Both the position numbers and the translations under genes were made by a program. Below are positions 41,450 to 51,626 of a DNA stretch of 64,000 bases, one piece after another. Source of the stretch: Geopsychrobacteraceae bacterium (GTDB lineage Bacteria > Desulfobacterota > Desulfuromonadia > Desulfuromonadales > Geopsychrobacteraceae); assembly GCA_963662315.1 (NCBI GenBank), contig OY759353.1, positions 1,056,001 through 1,120,000 of the forward strand. Direction: 5' to 3'. Position 1 is the first letter of the stretch; the number at the start of each line of letters is the position of its first letter. The notes beneath the pieces are model-generated. The model searched no databases. It saw only the letters and a program-made list of their open reading frames with translations, and had not been told where the DNA came from.

Positions 41450-42727
41450 CTAGTGGACCAGCAACCCTGGTAGCCAGGTCGCCAATGAGGGGATATAGGA
41501 AACCAGCAGCAGGACAATAATATTGGTTATGATAAAAGGCATAATCGCCTTGATAACCGAACTTAGAGGCAACTCAGCAATATTAGCACAAACAAACAGA
41601 CAGACTCCAACAGGTGGCGTAGTCAGACCGATCATCAGGTTCAATACCGCAAAAGTTGCGAAATGCAGAGGATCAATGCCAACCCCCTGAGCAAGGGTCA
41701 GTAACGGCACAAACAGAATGATCAACGCCGCGATCGTTTCCATAAACATACCGACAAATAGCAGTAACAGATTAATCAGCAGGATAATCAGATATTTATT
41801 CTCAGTTATTGACAGAACCGCCTTGGCGATCATTTGTGGAATTTGTTCGGACACAAGAATCCAGCCAAACACGTTGGCAAAGCCAACAAGGACAAGAATC
41901 GCGGCAGAAGACACGGCACTGTCAACAACTATTTTCGGAATCGCCTTGACCGGCAGTTCCCGGTAAAAAAAGATGCCGACAATAACTGCGTAAATACATG
42001 CGATAATGGCTGTTTCTGTCGGAGTCATCAGTCCGCTGATCATGCCGACAATAATTAAAGCCGACATAGCCAGTGCCCAGAACGCACCGAGAAAAGAACG
42101 TCCTACAGCAGCAAACCCCTGCCATTTCTGGCGTGGAAACTTATTGCGCGAAGCAATCAGATAAGTGGTAATCAGCATAGCGACGCCAAGGAGAATTCCG
42201 GGTAAAGCACCGGCAATAAACATCTGCCCAACCGAAATCCCTGACAGCGCACCAACAATAATCATCGGCACGCTGGGGGGAATAATAGGTCCGACAGTTG
42301 ATGAGGCCGCGGTAACAGCGGCCGAGAAGTCCGCAGGGTAGCCCGCTTTTTTCATGCCAGGAATCATGACGCCACCAATTGACGCTGCATCTGCAACCGC
42401 GGTTCCGGAAATACCACCAAACAGCATCGAGGCTGCGACATTGGTAAGCCCAAGGCCACCACGGACCCAACCCACCAGACCATCGGCAAAACGGACTATT
42501 CGCTCGGTAATGCCGCCATTGTTCATCAGGTTACCTGCCAGAATAAACCCAGGAATGCACAACAGCACAAACACATCAATTCCGGCATACATCTTCTGCG
42601 GCATAACAACCAGAGGGATATGCGCCGCAATCAGGTAACAGAATGATGCGAACCCGAGGGTTACAGCAACAGGCAATCCGATGACCAGTCCGCCAACAAA
42701 AACGCCAATCAAGATAGCCAGATTCAT
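41450..42727 (-). CDS. dctM: TRAP transporter large permease
   Basis: GGISGTAVAD, IIPPS, GLTTPPVG motifs. Confidence 0.93.
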   Translation of the reverse strand: MNLAILIGVFVGGLVIGLPVAVTLGFASFCYLIAAHIPLVVMPQKMYAGIDVFVLLCIPGFILAGNLMNNGGITERIVRFADGLVGWVRGGLGLTNVAASMLFGGISGTAVADAASIGGVMIPGMKKAGYPADFSAAVTAASSTVGPIIPPSVPMIIVGALSGISVGQMFIAGALPGILLGVAMLITTYLIASRNKFPRQKWQGFAAVGRSFLGAFWALAMSALIIVGMISGLMTPTETAIIACIYAVIVGIFFYRELPVKAIPKIVVDSAVSSAAILVLVGFANVFGWILVSEQIPQMIAKAVLSITENKYLIILLINLLLLFVGMFMETIAALIILFVPLLTLAQGVGIDPLHFATFAVLNLMIGLTTPPVGVCLFVCANIAELPLSSVIKAIMPFIITNIIVLLLVSYIPSLATWLPGLLVH

Positions 42728-43248
42728 TCCGATAACTCCTGTTGATTATAGTTCGGGGAAAGCTCCATCAGTAAAGTGCTGATGCGAATTAAGGCAAAGA
42801 CAAAAAGGGAACCGAGAAGAAAGAGAACGCTGGCATGAATGTAATTCATCTGCCATCCAAGCGCGGGAGAGGTCTGAAATGCGCCGATTTCAGTAAAGCG
42901 CCAAGCCGGTTCTATTAAAGCCCCACATAAAAAGGCAATAATAACGGCTGACACCAACTTTAAAATCCATGGAATCCGACCAGGTAAAGCATCACAGATG
43001 ATATCAACATTAACAAGGTCACCGGTAAGCAATGACACCCCAACACCAAATGCCGTCAGGTACAACAGAGCAAAACGCGTTAATTCTTCAGTCCAGACCG
43101 GCGAATCAAAGAGACCGCTGCGCCCTAATACCTGAATGGTAACGGAAACGATAAGAACCCCGAAAGAGATAGCGACCAATCCTCTGGCAAGGCGGGTCAG
43201 AATTGAATTAATAAGCAAAACGAGATTTTTCACAAGGACCTCAATCAT
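42724..43248 (-). CDS. dctQ: TRAP transporter small permease
   Basis: WTEELTR motif, 4 TM. Confidence 0.9.
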   Translation of the reverse strand: MIEVLVKNLVLLINSILTRLARGLVAISFGVLIVSVTIQVLGRSGLFDSPVWTEELTRFALLYLTAFGVGVSLLTGDLVNVDIICDALPGRIPWILKLVSAVIIAFLCGALIEPAWRFTEIGAFQTSPALGWQMNYIHASVLFLLGSLFVFALIRISTLLMELSPNYNQQELSE

Positions 43249-43311
43249 TGTGCAGAAATAAACTGGTTATTCAAATTTGATAGACAGGCAGATCATTCAG
43301 ACTTTTCACAC

Positions 43312-43352
43312 CTGGTGTGCCTGCTCTTTGGTAGCGAGAACAGGCACACCAG
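43312..43352. other. Intercistronic hairpin between dctP and dctQ (stabiliser or partial terminator)
   Basis: 12-bp perfect inverted repeat CTGGTGTGCCTG/CAGGCACACCAG. Confidence 0.6.
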
Positions 43353-43364
43353 CTTATTCATCAA

Positions 43365-44342
43365 TTATTCGTTGAACAATTTCTCAACAATCGGACGAAT
43401 TTCCGGCTTAACATTTGCCAAGACAGCATCTTTGGCTTTGGCAGCAAAAGCAGCGCCATCGACATCGACAAAGGTCATCCCTTTGGCTTCCAGCTCACCA
43501 ACAAGTTTCTTTTCGTCTGCAAGGAACAGTTCACGCTCATATTTTTGAGCACGTTTAGCTGCTTCCATAACATTTTTCTTATCGGCATCTGACAGTTTCT
43601 GCCAAGTCAGTTCAGACAGAGCGAGGTAAATCCAGGAGCGAACATGCTCAGTTTTATTGACGTATTTCTGAACCTCAAAAAAACTGGCAGATTTGATCAG
43701 CGCCAGTGGGTTTTCCTGAGCTCCGATGGTCCCATTCTGTAAAGAGGTAAAGACCTCTGAAAACGCCATCGGGGTTGGTTTTGCACCGAGAGCCTTCCAG
43801 ACATCAACAAACAGGGGGACGTTTGGAACACGCATTTTCAATCCATCGAGATCTGCAGGCGTCTTGATGGGACGATTGGAGGTCAAGTTACGTGGCCCAC
43901 GAGCGAAGTAGGCAATCGGGCGTACCCGTGCTTTTTCAATAATCTGGGCTTTGATCTGCTCACCAATTTCACCACCGGCAACAGCATCCATATGGTCCAG
44001 AGATTTATAAGCATAGGGAACGGCCAGCAAAGCAGCCTTTGGAGCCCAGTTTTGCAGACTTTCACCGGTGATGGTCATATCAGCAGTACCAAGCTGCATA
44101 CCATTGATAAGGTCCATCTCTTTACCAAGAGACTCATTTGGGAAAACCTTCACTTCGATCCGACCGTTGGTCAGAGCAGAGAGCTCCTCGCCAAATTTAA
44201 CGGCAGCTTTGTGCCAGATATTGTCCTCATTTGCGAGGTGCCCGAGTTTCAAAGTCATGTCAGCTGCTGCTGCGGGCAGAGTCATACATGCCACAAGCGC
44301 AATTGTGAGTAGAGCTTTTCCAAAACGATTCAGCGTTGCCAT
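43365..44342 (-). CDS. dctP: TRAP transporter substrate-binding protein
   Basis: Signal peptide; GLKMRVP, PMAFSEVFTSLQNGTIGAQENP. Confidence 0.93.
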   Translation of the reverse strand: MATLNRFGKALLTIALVACMTLPAAAADMTLKLGHLANEDNIWHKAAVKFGEELSALTNGRIEVKVFPNESLGKEMDLINGMQLGTADMTITGESLQNWAPKAALLAVPYAYKSLDHMDAVAGGEIGEQIKAQIIEKARVRPIAYFARGPRNLTSNRPIKTPADLDGLKMRVPNVPLFVDVWKALGAKPTPMAFSEVFTSLQNGTIGAQENPLALIKSASFFEVQKYVNKTEHVRSWIYLALSELTWQKLSDADKKNVMEAAKRAQKYERELFLADEKKLVGELEAKGMTFVDVDGAAFAAKAKDAVLANVKPEIRPIVEKLFNE

Positions 44343-44414
44343 ACTACCTCCATAATGCTTTACATGGTTATTGAGAATAAGACCGATCTCCCATGACCGG
44401 CCCCAGACCTACAA

Positions 44415-45122
44415 CTACAATTGAATATTACCCTGTTCTGCAAATATTTCAGGCTGTTGCTCCATAATTTTGGGAAGATCAATAAGGACTTCCTTCATAT
44501 GATCGCGGATAAACTGCTCAGCCTTATGCGCATCGTGAGCTTCTAAGGCATCAACAATCTGGACATGATGATCGATAACCCGATCCAAGGATTTATGACT
44601 CGAACTAACATAGCGGACACGGTCAAAATGCGCCTTCAGACGCCCGATGACATCCCACACCGTCCCTTTGTCAGCAAAATCTGCAAGCAGGCGGTGAAAA
44701 GCCTCGTCAAGATGAAAGAATTTTTCAATATCGATAGTGCATTGATGGCGTTGTTGATCAATAATCTCACGCAGCTGCTTGATCTGATCAGGCTGACAGG
44801 TATCTGCAAGTAACCTGACAATCTCAACCTCTATCGCTTCCCGAATAAAACGTGCGTCATTGACAGCATTGACATAAATCTTGGTAACAAACGTACCCCG
44901 CTGTGGGCGCACCTCGACCAAACCATCATTCCTGAGTTTAATAAATGCTTCACGCACAGGTTGCCGACTGACTTCCAGGGCCTTTGAAATCTCCGCTTCA
45001 GAGATTCGCATCCCAGGCGCCAGTTCCCCCTGAATAATCTTATTGCGCAGAAGTTTATAGACCTGTGGACCAACAGACCTGCCCTGCTGCAAAAAAGAAC
45101 TATGGCATAAATTGTTTAGCAC
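44415..45122 (-). CDS. GntR/FCD-family regulator (RspR/YdfH-like)
   Basis: VSRQPVREA HTH, PQRGTFV, FCD domain; GTG start after RBS GGAGGAGG. Confidence 0.9.
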   Translation of the reverse strand: MLNNLCHSSFLQQGRSVGPQVYKLLRNKIIQGELAPGMRISEAEISKALEVSRQPVREAFIKLRNDGLVEVRPQRGTFVTKIYVNAVNDARFIREAIEVEIVRLLADTCQPDQIKQLREIIDQQRHQCTIDIEKFFHLDEAFHRLLADFADKGTVWDVIGRLKAHFDRVRYVSSSHKSLDRVIDHHVQIVDALEAHDAHKAEQFIRDHMKEVLIDLPKIMEQQPEIFAEQGNIQL

Positions 45123-45141
45123 TTGACCTCCTCCTGACTTG

Positions 45142-45170
45142 GTTATATAACATACTACCATACTAGTCAA
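45142..45170 (-). promoter_or_regulatory. sigma70 promoter of gntR-TRAP operon overlapped by candidate GntR operator
   Basis: TTGACT-N17-TATAAC; tandem TAGTATG repeats (ACTAGTATGGTAGTATG) across the -35 and spacer. Confidence 0.6.
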
Positions 45171-45410
45171 CAGATATTCTCAATATCTGGAGCCCATATA
45201 TTTACCACAACTGAGTGGGACATTCTATTTAGATATTCGCATGAAGTTGTTGATATCATTAGCCTTCTTTCTTAACAGAATCGCCATCTATAAAACGTGG
45301 TATGACAGGAATACTGATTATCACTAAAGGCACGATTGTTATTAATTATTCAAAATAGGTAGCAGCATGATCAAAAACCGTTCACTAAATATATATGATG
45401 AGGTAGCCCT

Positions 45411-46628
45411 ATGAGACAGACATGGCGTTGGTTCGGACCTGCCGACAGAACATCGATTGATGACATTTTACAGGCTGGAGTTGAGGGGGTGGTCTCTGCC
45501 CTTCATCACATTCCACCAGGAGTTGTCTGGACCAAAGAAGAGATTATAAAGCGTCAAAAAGAGATCGGGACAAAAGGTGACGGAACTCCATCCGGCCTGG
45601 CCTGGGAAGTCGTTGAAAGTTTGCCCGTATCTGAGGATATCAAGAAACAGCAAGGTCCATGGCGTGAACATATTGAAAATTATAAAACCAGCATGAATAA
45701 TCTTGCTGAGCAAGGCATTGAGGTCATCTGTTACAATTTCATGCCGGTGCTGGACTGGACCCGAACCGACCTGAAATGGAAAATGGCACACGGCGGTACC
45801 ACAATGCGCTTCGACCTTATCGACTTCGCTGCCTTTGATATTCATATACTGAAACGTGAAGGCGCTGCCGAGGAATTCCCCAAGGAGATTGTCTCTCTGG
45901 CACAAGAACGCCATGAACAGATGTCTGAGGACCGCCGCCAGCAAATTACTGAAAATGTTGCTTGTGGCCTTCCTGGAGCAGCAGAGAAATTGACCATCGA
46001 AGACGTCAGAAGACTCTTGGCCGAGTACAACCGTATCAGCCCTGAACAATTGCGCCAGAATTTTATCGATTTTCTCAATGAAGTTGCTCCTTATGCTGAA
46101 AAACTCGGCATGAGATTATGCTGTCATCCAGACGATCCACCATTCCCACTTCTTGGTCTACCGCGCATCTGTTCAACAGAGGCAGACTACAAAGCTCTAC
46201 TTGATGCCGTTGACGTTCCTGCTAATGGTATTGCCTTGTGTACCGGATCGCTTGGTGCTCGTCCTGACAATGATCTGCCGGGCATGATTGATCGCCTTGG
46301 CGATCGCGTCCATTTTATTCATTTACGCAACGTTAAGCGCGAAACCCCCGGAATTCCTGCGTCCTTCCACGAAGACGAACATCTTGCGGGTGACACTGAC
46401 ATGGTTGCTCTGGTAAAATCGATCGTTCGTCAGGAAGCCAAACGCAAAGCCAGCGGACGCAAAGATATTGAAATTCCAATTCGCCCCGACCATGGGATGG
46501 ACATCCTTGATGATCTCAAACGCAGTGGTCAACCGGGATATCCATCTATCGGCCGTCTCAAAGGACTTGCAGAACTGCGTGGGCTCATTACTGCACTTAC
46601 CCATCCTTCGGTTATAGAAAAGATCTAA
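45411..46628 (+). CDS. uxuA: Mannonate dehydratase
   Basis: MRQTWRWFGP, CYNFMPVLDWTRT, HPDDPP, RPDHG. Confidence 0.96.
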   Translation: MRQTWRWFGPADRTSIDDILQAGVEGVVSALHHIPPGVVWTKEEIIKRQKEIGTKGDGTPSGLAWEVVESLPVSEDIKKQQGPWREHIENYKTSMNNLAEQGIEVICYNFMPVLDWTRTDLKWKMAHGGTTMRFDLIDFAAFDIHILKREGAAEEFPKEIVSLAQERHEQMSEDRRQQITENVACGLPGAAEKLTIEDVRRLLAEYNRISPEQLRQNFIDFLNEVAPYAEKLGMRLCCHPDDPPFPLLGLPRICSTEADYKALLDAVDVPANGIALCTGSLGARPDNDLPGMIDRLGDRVHFIHLRNVKRETPGIPASFHEDEHLAGDTDMVALVKSIVRQEAKRKASGRKDIEIPIRPDHGMDILDDLKRSGQPGYPSIGRLKGLAELRGLITALTHPSVIEKI

Positions 46629-46640
46629 AAAGGGACAAAC

Positions 46641-48104
46641 ATGAACAGACTCAACGACAACAGCAAGCTCCCCGAATCAGTTCTGACCCCGGGTTATCAA
46701 CCTGAGAACCACGGTGTTGGCATTGTCCATATCGGCATCGGCGCATTCCACCGTGGTCATATGGCCGTGTATACTGATGATGTCATGGCCCAGGATGGTG
46801 GAGACTGGCGAATAACCGGTGTCAGCCTGCGTAGCCCTGGCGTCCGGGATCGTCTGAATCCTCAGCATGGATGCTACACACTGGTCGAGCGCAGTGGCGC
46901 CGGAGAGAAACTTAGAATTATCGCCAGTGTGAAAAATGTTCTTGTGGCGCCGGAAGATCCAGCTGCCGTCATTGAGTGTCTGAGTCGACCAGAAACCAAA
47001 ATTGTTTCAGCAACTATTACGGAAAAAGGCTATCTGCGCGATCCGGCCAGTGGTGCATTGCTGGCCGATCATCCTGATATTGTCCACGATCTGCAGAATC
47101 CTAAGAGCCCTAAAACGATTCATGGTTTTCTGGTTGCTGCATTGGCACAGATCAAACAGGCCGGTACAACGCCTTTCACCCCTTTGTGCTGCGACAATCT
47201 TGCCGCCAATGGGTCATCGCTACAACGTGTTGTCATCGAATTTGCCAATCTAAGGGACAAAGATCTTGGACAATGGATTGCTGACAATGTGGTTTTCCCA
47301 GACACCATGGTTGACCGCATCGTACCCGCCACAACGCAGGCCGATATTGACGCTGTAGCAGAAAAACTTGGTTACCTTGATGAAGCACCTGTTCTGTGTG
47401 AACCATTCAGCCAATGGGTGATAGCTAACACCCTGCCCCAGCCACGACCGGCATGGGAAAAATTTGGTGTTACTTTTGTCGATGATGTAGCGCCATTTGA
47501 GGAGATGAAATTGCGTTTGCTGAATGCTTCTCATTCAGCAATGGCCTATCTTGGTTACCTTGGTGGTCACGAGTATATTCACCAAGTTGTCGGAGACCCG
47601 GTATTCTTGTATTATGTGCGCACGATGATGAGTGAGGAAATGATCCCCACCCTGCATATGCCAGAGAATGTTGATCTGGAAGCTTACTGCAACAGCCTTA
47701 TAGAACGCTTCAGCAATCCAACTCTGTGGCATAAAACATCACAGATCGCCATGGACGGTTCCCTTAAAATTCCATTGCGCTTACTCAATACCGTACGAGA
47801 CCGGATTGCCAATGGTAAACCTTACCCACGAGTTGCAACAGCGATTGCCGGGTGGCTGCGCTATATTACAGGTTGGGATGAAAAGGGTAATACCATTTGT
47901 GTCAGCGACCCGTTCGCCGAGCGCTTAAAAGAGATTGCTGATAATTTCCATGATGATATTCCGGGCTATGTGAATGCCATCGTTTCACTCGAAGACATTT
48001 TCGGAACGGACTTGCCCGTGAATAACAGATTTAAAGCAACCATCAGTGAAGCCCTGCAAAACCTTTACCACTGCGGTACCAAAGAGACGTTAAAACAGTT
48101 ATAG
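46641..48104 (+). CDS. uxuB: D-mannonate oxidoreductase (fructuronate reductase; mannitol dehydrogenase family)
   Basis: HIGIGAFHRGH, TITEKGY, MVDRIVP, KLRLLNASH, QIAMDGS. Confidence 0.9.
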   Translation: MNRLNDNSKLPESVLTPGYQPENHGVGIVHIGIGAFHRGHMAVYTDDVMAQDGGDWRITGVSLRSPGVRDRLNPQHGCYTLVERSGAGEKLRIIASVKNVLVAPEDPAAVIECLSRPETKIVSATITEKGYLRDPASGALLADHPDIVHDLQNPKSPKTIHGFLVAALAQIKQAGTTPFTPLCCDNLAANGSSLQRVVIEFANLRDKDLGQWIADNVVFPDTMVDRIVPATTQADIDAVAEKLGYLDEAPVLCEPFSQWVIANTLPQPRPAWEKFGVTFVDDVAPFEEMKLRLLNASHSAMAYLGYLGGHEYIHQVVGDPVFLYYVRTMMSEEMIPTLHMPENVDLEAYCNSLIERFSNPTLWHKTSQIAMDGSLKIPLRLLNTVRDRIANGKPYPRVATAIAGWLRYITGWDEKGNTICVSDPFAERLKEIADNFHDDIPGYVNAIVSLEDIFGTDLPVNNRFKATISEALQNLYHCGTKETLKQL

Positions 48105-48291
48105 CTCCTTTTTCTCCGGCATGTCCCAACTATGACGTGCCGGAGTTTTTGTCTCGTTCCTGCCTGATTTCCCAGCCGCATAACTGGAAAATATCCAGTT
48201 TTCTGTTATTTTTTACAGTATAGACAAGCATCCTCCCCAAGATGACTCCGTTGTTTAATCTCCAAAGCCAATTTGCGACAGGAGGCCGCCA

Positions 48292-49404
48292 ATGGAAGAT
48301 ATCTTCAGGTTCTACGATGATTTCGGTCCTGCCAAAATAGTTCATATCTATCAACCGACTCTGCCGTTGAAAGCGGTCCTGGTCATCGACAACATCGCTG
48401 CTGGTCCAGCCATAGGTGGCATTCGCATGGCCCCTGACGTCAGCACCGAAGAATGTTTTCGCCTGGCAAGGTCAATGACCTTGAAAAATGCGGCGGCGGA
48501 ACTTTCCCATGGCGGTGGGAAAGCGGTGATTTATGGTAATCCGAAAATGCCAAAAGACCAAAAGGAACAGATCATTCGTTGCCTTGCCGTAGCCCTGCGC
48601 GATCTAGAAGAGTACATCCCCGGACCGGATATGGGGACGGATGAAGAATGTATGGCCTGGATCAAGGATGAAATCAACCGGGTTGTCGGTTTGCCACGCA
48701 CTACCGGAGGTATTCCCCTGGATGAAATCGGCGCAACGGGCTGGGGCGTCCATCACTGTACCGAAATTGCCTGTGAATTCTGCAATCTCGATCTGGCCGG
48801 CGCGCGCGTCGTTATTCAAGGGTTTGGTGCAGTCGGTAAACACACCGCGCGCTATCTTGCCGATAAGGGCGCCATCCTGGTTGGCACCAATGATTCCTTG
48901 GGTTCGGTCTACAATAAGAACGGACTGGATATTGCCAAACTGATAAACATCAAACAAGGTGGCGGAAGTGTTGCTGATTATGCTGACGGGATAAAAGCTG
49001 ACCGGGAAAAAGTCATCGATATGGAGTGCGATATCTGGATCCCTGCCGCACGCCCTGATGTCATTAATGTCTCCAACGTCGAGCGGCTGCGCACCCGCCT
49101 GATCATTCAGGGGGCAAATATCCCGATCACCTTGGCAGCTGAAAAAATCCTGCATCATCGAAAAATCCTCTGTGTCCCCGATTTCATTGCCAATGCCGGT
49201 GGGGTCATCTGTGCAGCAGTTGAGTACAAAGGAGGGACAGAACAACAAGCCTTAAATGTTATTACCGAAAAATTGCGCAGAAATACCCGTCTGGTTCTTG
49301 AAACTGCGCAGCATGAGAATTTACTACCACGTGAAGCTGCGACCCGCATGGCCTATAGCAGGATTAGCAAAGCAGCAGGGTTTAAACGGTGGGGAATTTT
49401 TTAA
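48292..49404 (+). CDS. Glu/Leu/Phe/Val-family amino acid dehydrogenase
   Basis: GPAIGGIRM, MTLKNA, GGGK, PGPDMGT, GFGAVG, PDFIANAGGV. Confidence 0.92.
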   Translation: MEDIFRFYDDFGPAKIVHIYQPTLPLKAVLVIDNIAAGPAIGGIRMAPDVSTEECFRLARSMTLKNAAAELSHGGGKAVIYGNPKMPKDQKEQIIRCLAVALRDLEEYIPGPDMGTDEECMAWIKDEINRVVGLPRTTGGIPLDEIGATGWGVHHCTEIACEFCNLDLAGARVVIQGFGAVGKHTARYLADKGAILVGTNDSLGSVYNKNGLDIAKLINIKQGGGSVADYADGIKADREKVIDMECDIWIPAARPDVINVSNVERLRTRLIIQGANIPITLAAEKILHHRKILCVPDFIANAGGVICAAVEYKGGTEQQALNVITEKLRRNTRLVLETAQHENLLPREAATRMAYSRISKAAGFKRWGIF

Positions 49405-49449
49405 GTATCTTTGACCTACCCAGAGAACAGATGTTGACGGGAGGACACT

Positions 49450-50385
49450 ATGTACCGGATACGCTTTCACGGCCGTGGCGGACAGGGACTGAAAACCGCC
49501 AGTCGCATTCTTGGTTCCGCTTTGTTTCAATGCGGATTTGATATCCAGGATGCGCCAAGATATGGTGCGGAGCGGCGCGGAGCTCCTATTTTTGCCTATG
49601 TCCGCGCTGACCGCAGGACCATCAATGAACGCGGTATTATCACCAATCCCGACCTCATCGTTGTGGCCGACGCAACCCTCATTCCGATTCCTGCCGTCAA
49701 CATTACGCAAGGCGCAAGCTCACACACCATAATGCTTATTATAAGTGGTGAAGAACCTGAGATTTGGCAACAGCGCTTAAAATACAGTGGCTCGATCATA
49801 ACCCTGAAGACTGAGGCTTTTTACCATCAACCAGAACAGCACCGCTATACCGGCATCATCAGTACAGCAGGAGCAGCGGCGCTTATTCCAGAAGTCTGTT
49901 GGCAACACCTTGAGCACGCTATACGGCTCGAACTCAAAGAGTTGGGAAATCTCATTATTGACCAGAACATCGAATATGCAAAACAAGCCTACGCCCAAAT
50001 GGCCCCAAAGACAAAAGTCATACAGGGTAAACCCTTATCAGTGGCAGAAACAGAGCCTGTACATTGGGTGTCCCTCCCCTTTGCCCCGGCTCGGATTTCT
50101 GCTCCCGCCATCCACGCCGGGTTAACAAGCGTAGCAGTACGCACGGGTTTATGGCGTACCAGAAGGCCGGTCATCGACACAGCCTTATGCCACCGTTGCT
50201 GGTGGATTTGCAGTACCTATTGTCCTGATGGAGCGATTGAAGTCAGCACGGACAAACGTCCACACATCGATTATGCCCATTGCAAAGGATGCATGGTCTG
50301 TGTGTCCCAATGCCCCCATCACGCTATTGCTGAGCTTCCTGAGAAGGAGTTCACATCTCAGCAGCAGAAAGGAGCGCCACAATGA
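49450..50385 (+). CDS. 2-oxoacid:ferredoxin oxidoreductase gamma-delta fusion subunit
   Basis: HGRGGQG, YGAERRGAP; C-terminal two [4Fe-4S] motifs. Confidence 0.9.
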   Translation: MYRIRFHGRGGQGLKTASRILGSALFQCGFDIQDAPRYGAERRGAPIFAYVRADRRTINERGIITNPDLIVVADATLIPIPAVNITQGASSHTIMLIISGEEPEIWQQRLKYSGSIITLKTEAFYHQPEQHRYTGIISTAGAAALIPEVCWQHLEHAIRLELKELGNLIIDQNIEYAKQAYAQMAPKTKVIQGKPLSVAETEPVHWVSLPFAPARISAPAIHAGLTSVAVRTGLWRTRRPVIDTALCHRCWWICSTYCPDGAIEVSTDKRPHIDYAHCKGCMVCVSQCPHHAIAELPEKEFTSQQQKGAPQ

Positions 50386-51626
50386 CTCGAATCCTTCTGA
50401 CCGGCAATGGCGCTGCGGCTTGGGGGGCAAGACTGGCAGGCTGCGAATATCTTCCGGCGTTTCCGATTACACCGCAGACCGAAATTATCGAAACCCTGTC
50501 CCGTTGGATCGAAAGCCAACAGGTCGACTGCCGCATGGTCACCATGGACTCAGAACATTCCATGATCGCGGCAGCCGGTGCCGCAGCCATCACCGGTGTC
50601 AGGGTTTTTACAGCCACCTCAAGCCAGGGGCTGCTATATGCCATGGAAATGCTCTATACCGTCGCAGGCTGGCGCGCCCCCTTTGTATTGGTCAACGTAT
50701 CCCGCGGCCTGGCGACTCCCATCACCCTTGAACCTGACCATAATGACATTTTTTCCGCTCGCGACAGTGGCTGCCTGCAGTTGCATTGCAGCACCTGCCA
50801 GGAAGTCATCGACTGTCTGCTGATCGCCTATCGCCTGGCTGAGGACTGGCGTGTCCGGCTGCCGGTCATTGTCAACCTGGACGGCTTTTATCTTTCTTTC
50901 ACACGCGAACCGGTCACCCTACCTGATGCGGACAAAATCCATCATTTTCTCGCCCCCTATTCCCCTGAAAACCTTGGTTTCAAGGCTGATTCACCCTTAA
51001 GCGAGGCGGTCGCTGTGTTGAACGGCTCAGCCTACTCGTATTTCAGGTACCAGGTCCATCTGGCTGCACAACAGGCTGAACAGGTCTTTATCGAAAGTGC
51101 GTCCACCTTTGCAAAGTTTTTTGGCCGCCATTACTCAGCGATAGAGAGCTATCAGGTTCACGATGCTGATTATGTCTTTGTTATGGTCGGATCCTTCGCC
51201 ACCAAAGCAAAGGAAGCCGTTGACAGACTACGCGAGTCCGGCAAAAAAATCGGACTGTTACGTCCGCTGCTGCTCAGACCATTTCCTCAAGAGCAACTCA
51301 GACATCTGCTTAGCGATAAAAAGGCGATTATCATCGTTGACCAAAATCTGGCACCAGGTCGAGGCGGGGTTCTGCACACGGAAGTTTCGGCCTGTCTTTA
51401 TGGTGCGTCCGGCACCAAGATACCTGTATTAAGTTATATCGGTGGTCTGGGCGGCAGAGATATCGCAATAGCTGAATTTTTTGCCATGTATAAAGACACT
51501 GAAAACGCCCTGCAACAAGGCGTCGTCCCACCACCACGTTTGCTCTTTACTGAAACTGAGCTTCAGGACATGAAGAAAATGCAGCTGCTGAGCAATCTTC
51601 AGCCTAAAGACAAGGAGGCTTCATGA
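50382..51626 (+). CDS. 2-oxoacid:ferredoxin oxidoreductase alpha subunit
   Basis: FPITPQT, SEHS, TATSSQGL, DGFYLS, GLGGRD. Confidence 0.92.
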   Translation: MTRILLTGNGAAAWGARLAGCEYLPAFPITPQTEIIETLSRWIESQQVDCRMVTMDSEHSMIAAAGAAAITGVRVFTATSSQGLLYAMEMLYTVAGWRAPFVLVNVSRGLATPITLEPDHNDIFSARDSGCLQLHCSTCQEVIDCLLIAYRLAEDWRVRLPVIVNLDGFYLSFTREPVTLPDADKIHHFLAPYSPENLGFKADSPLSEAVAVLNGSAYSYFRYQVHLAAQQAEQVFIESASTFAKFFGRHYSAIESYQVHDADYVFVMVGSFATKAKEAVDRLRESGKKIGLLRPLLLRPFPQEQLRHLLSDKKAIIIVDQNLAPGRGGVLHTEVSACLYGASGTKIPVLSYIGGLGGRDIAIAEFFAMYKDTENALQQGVVPPPRLLFTETELQDMKKMQLLSNLQPKDKEAS

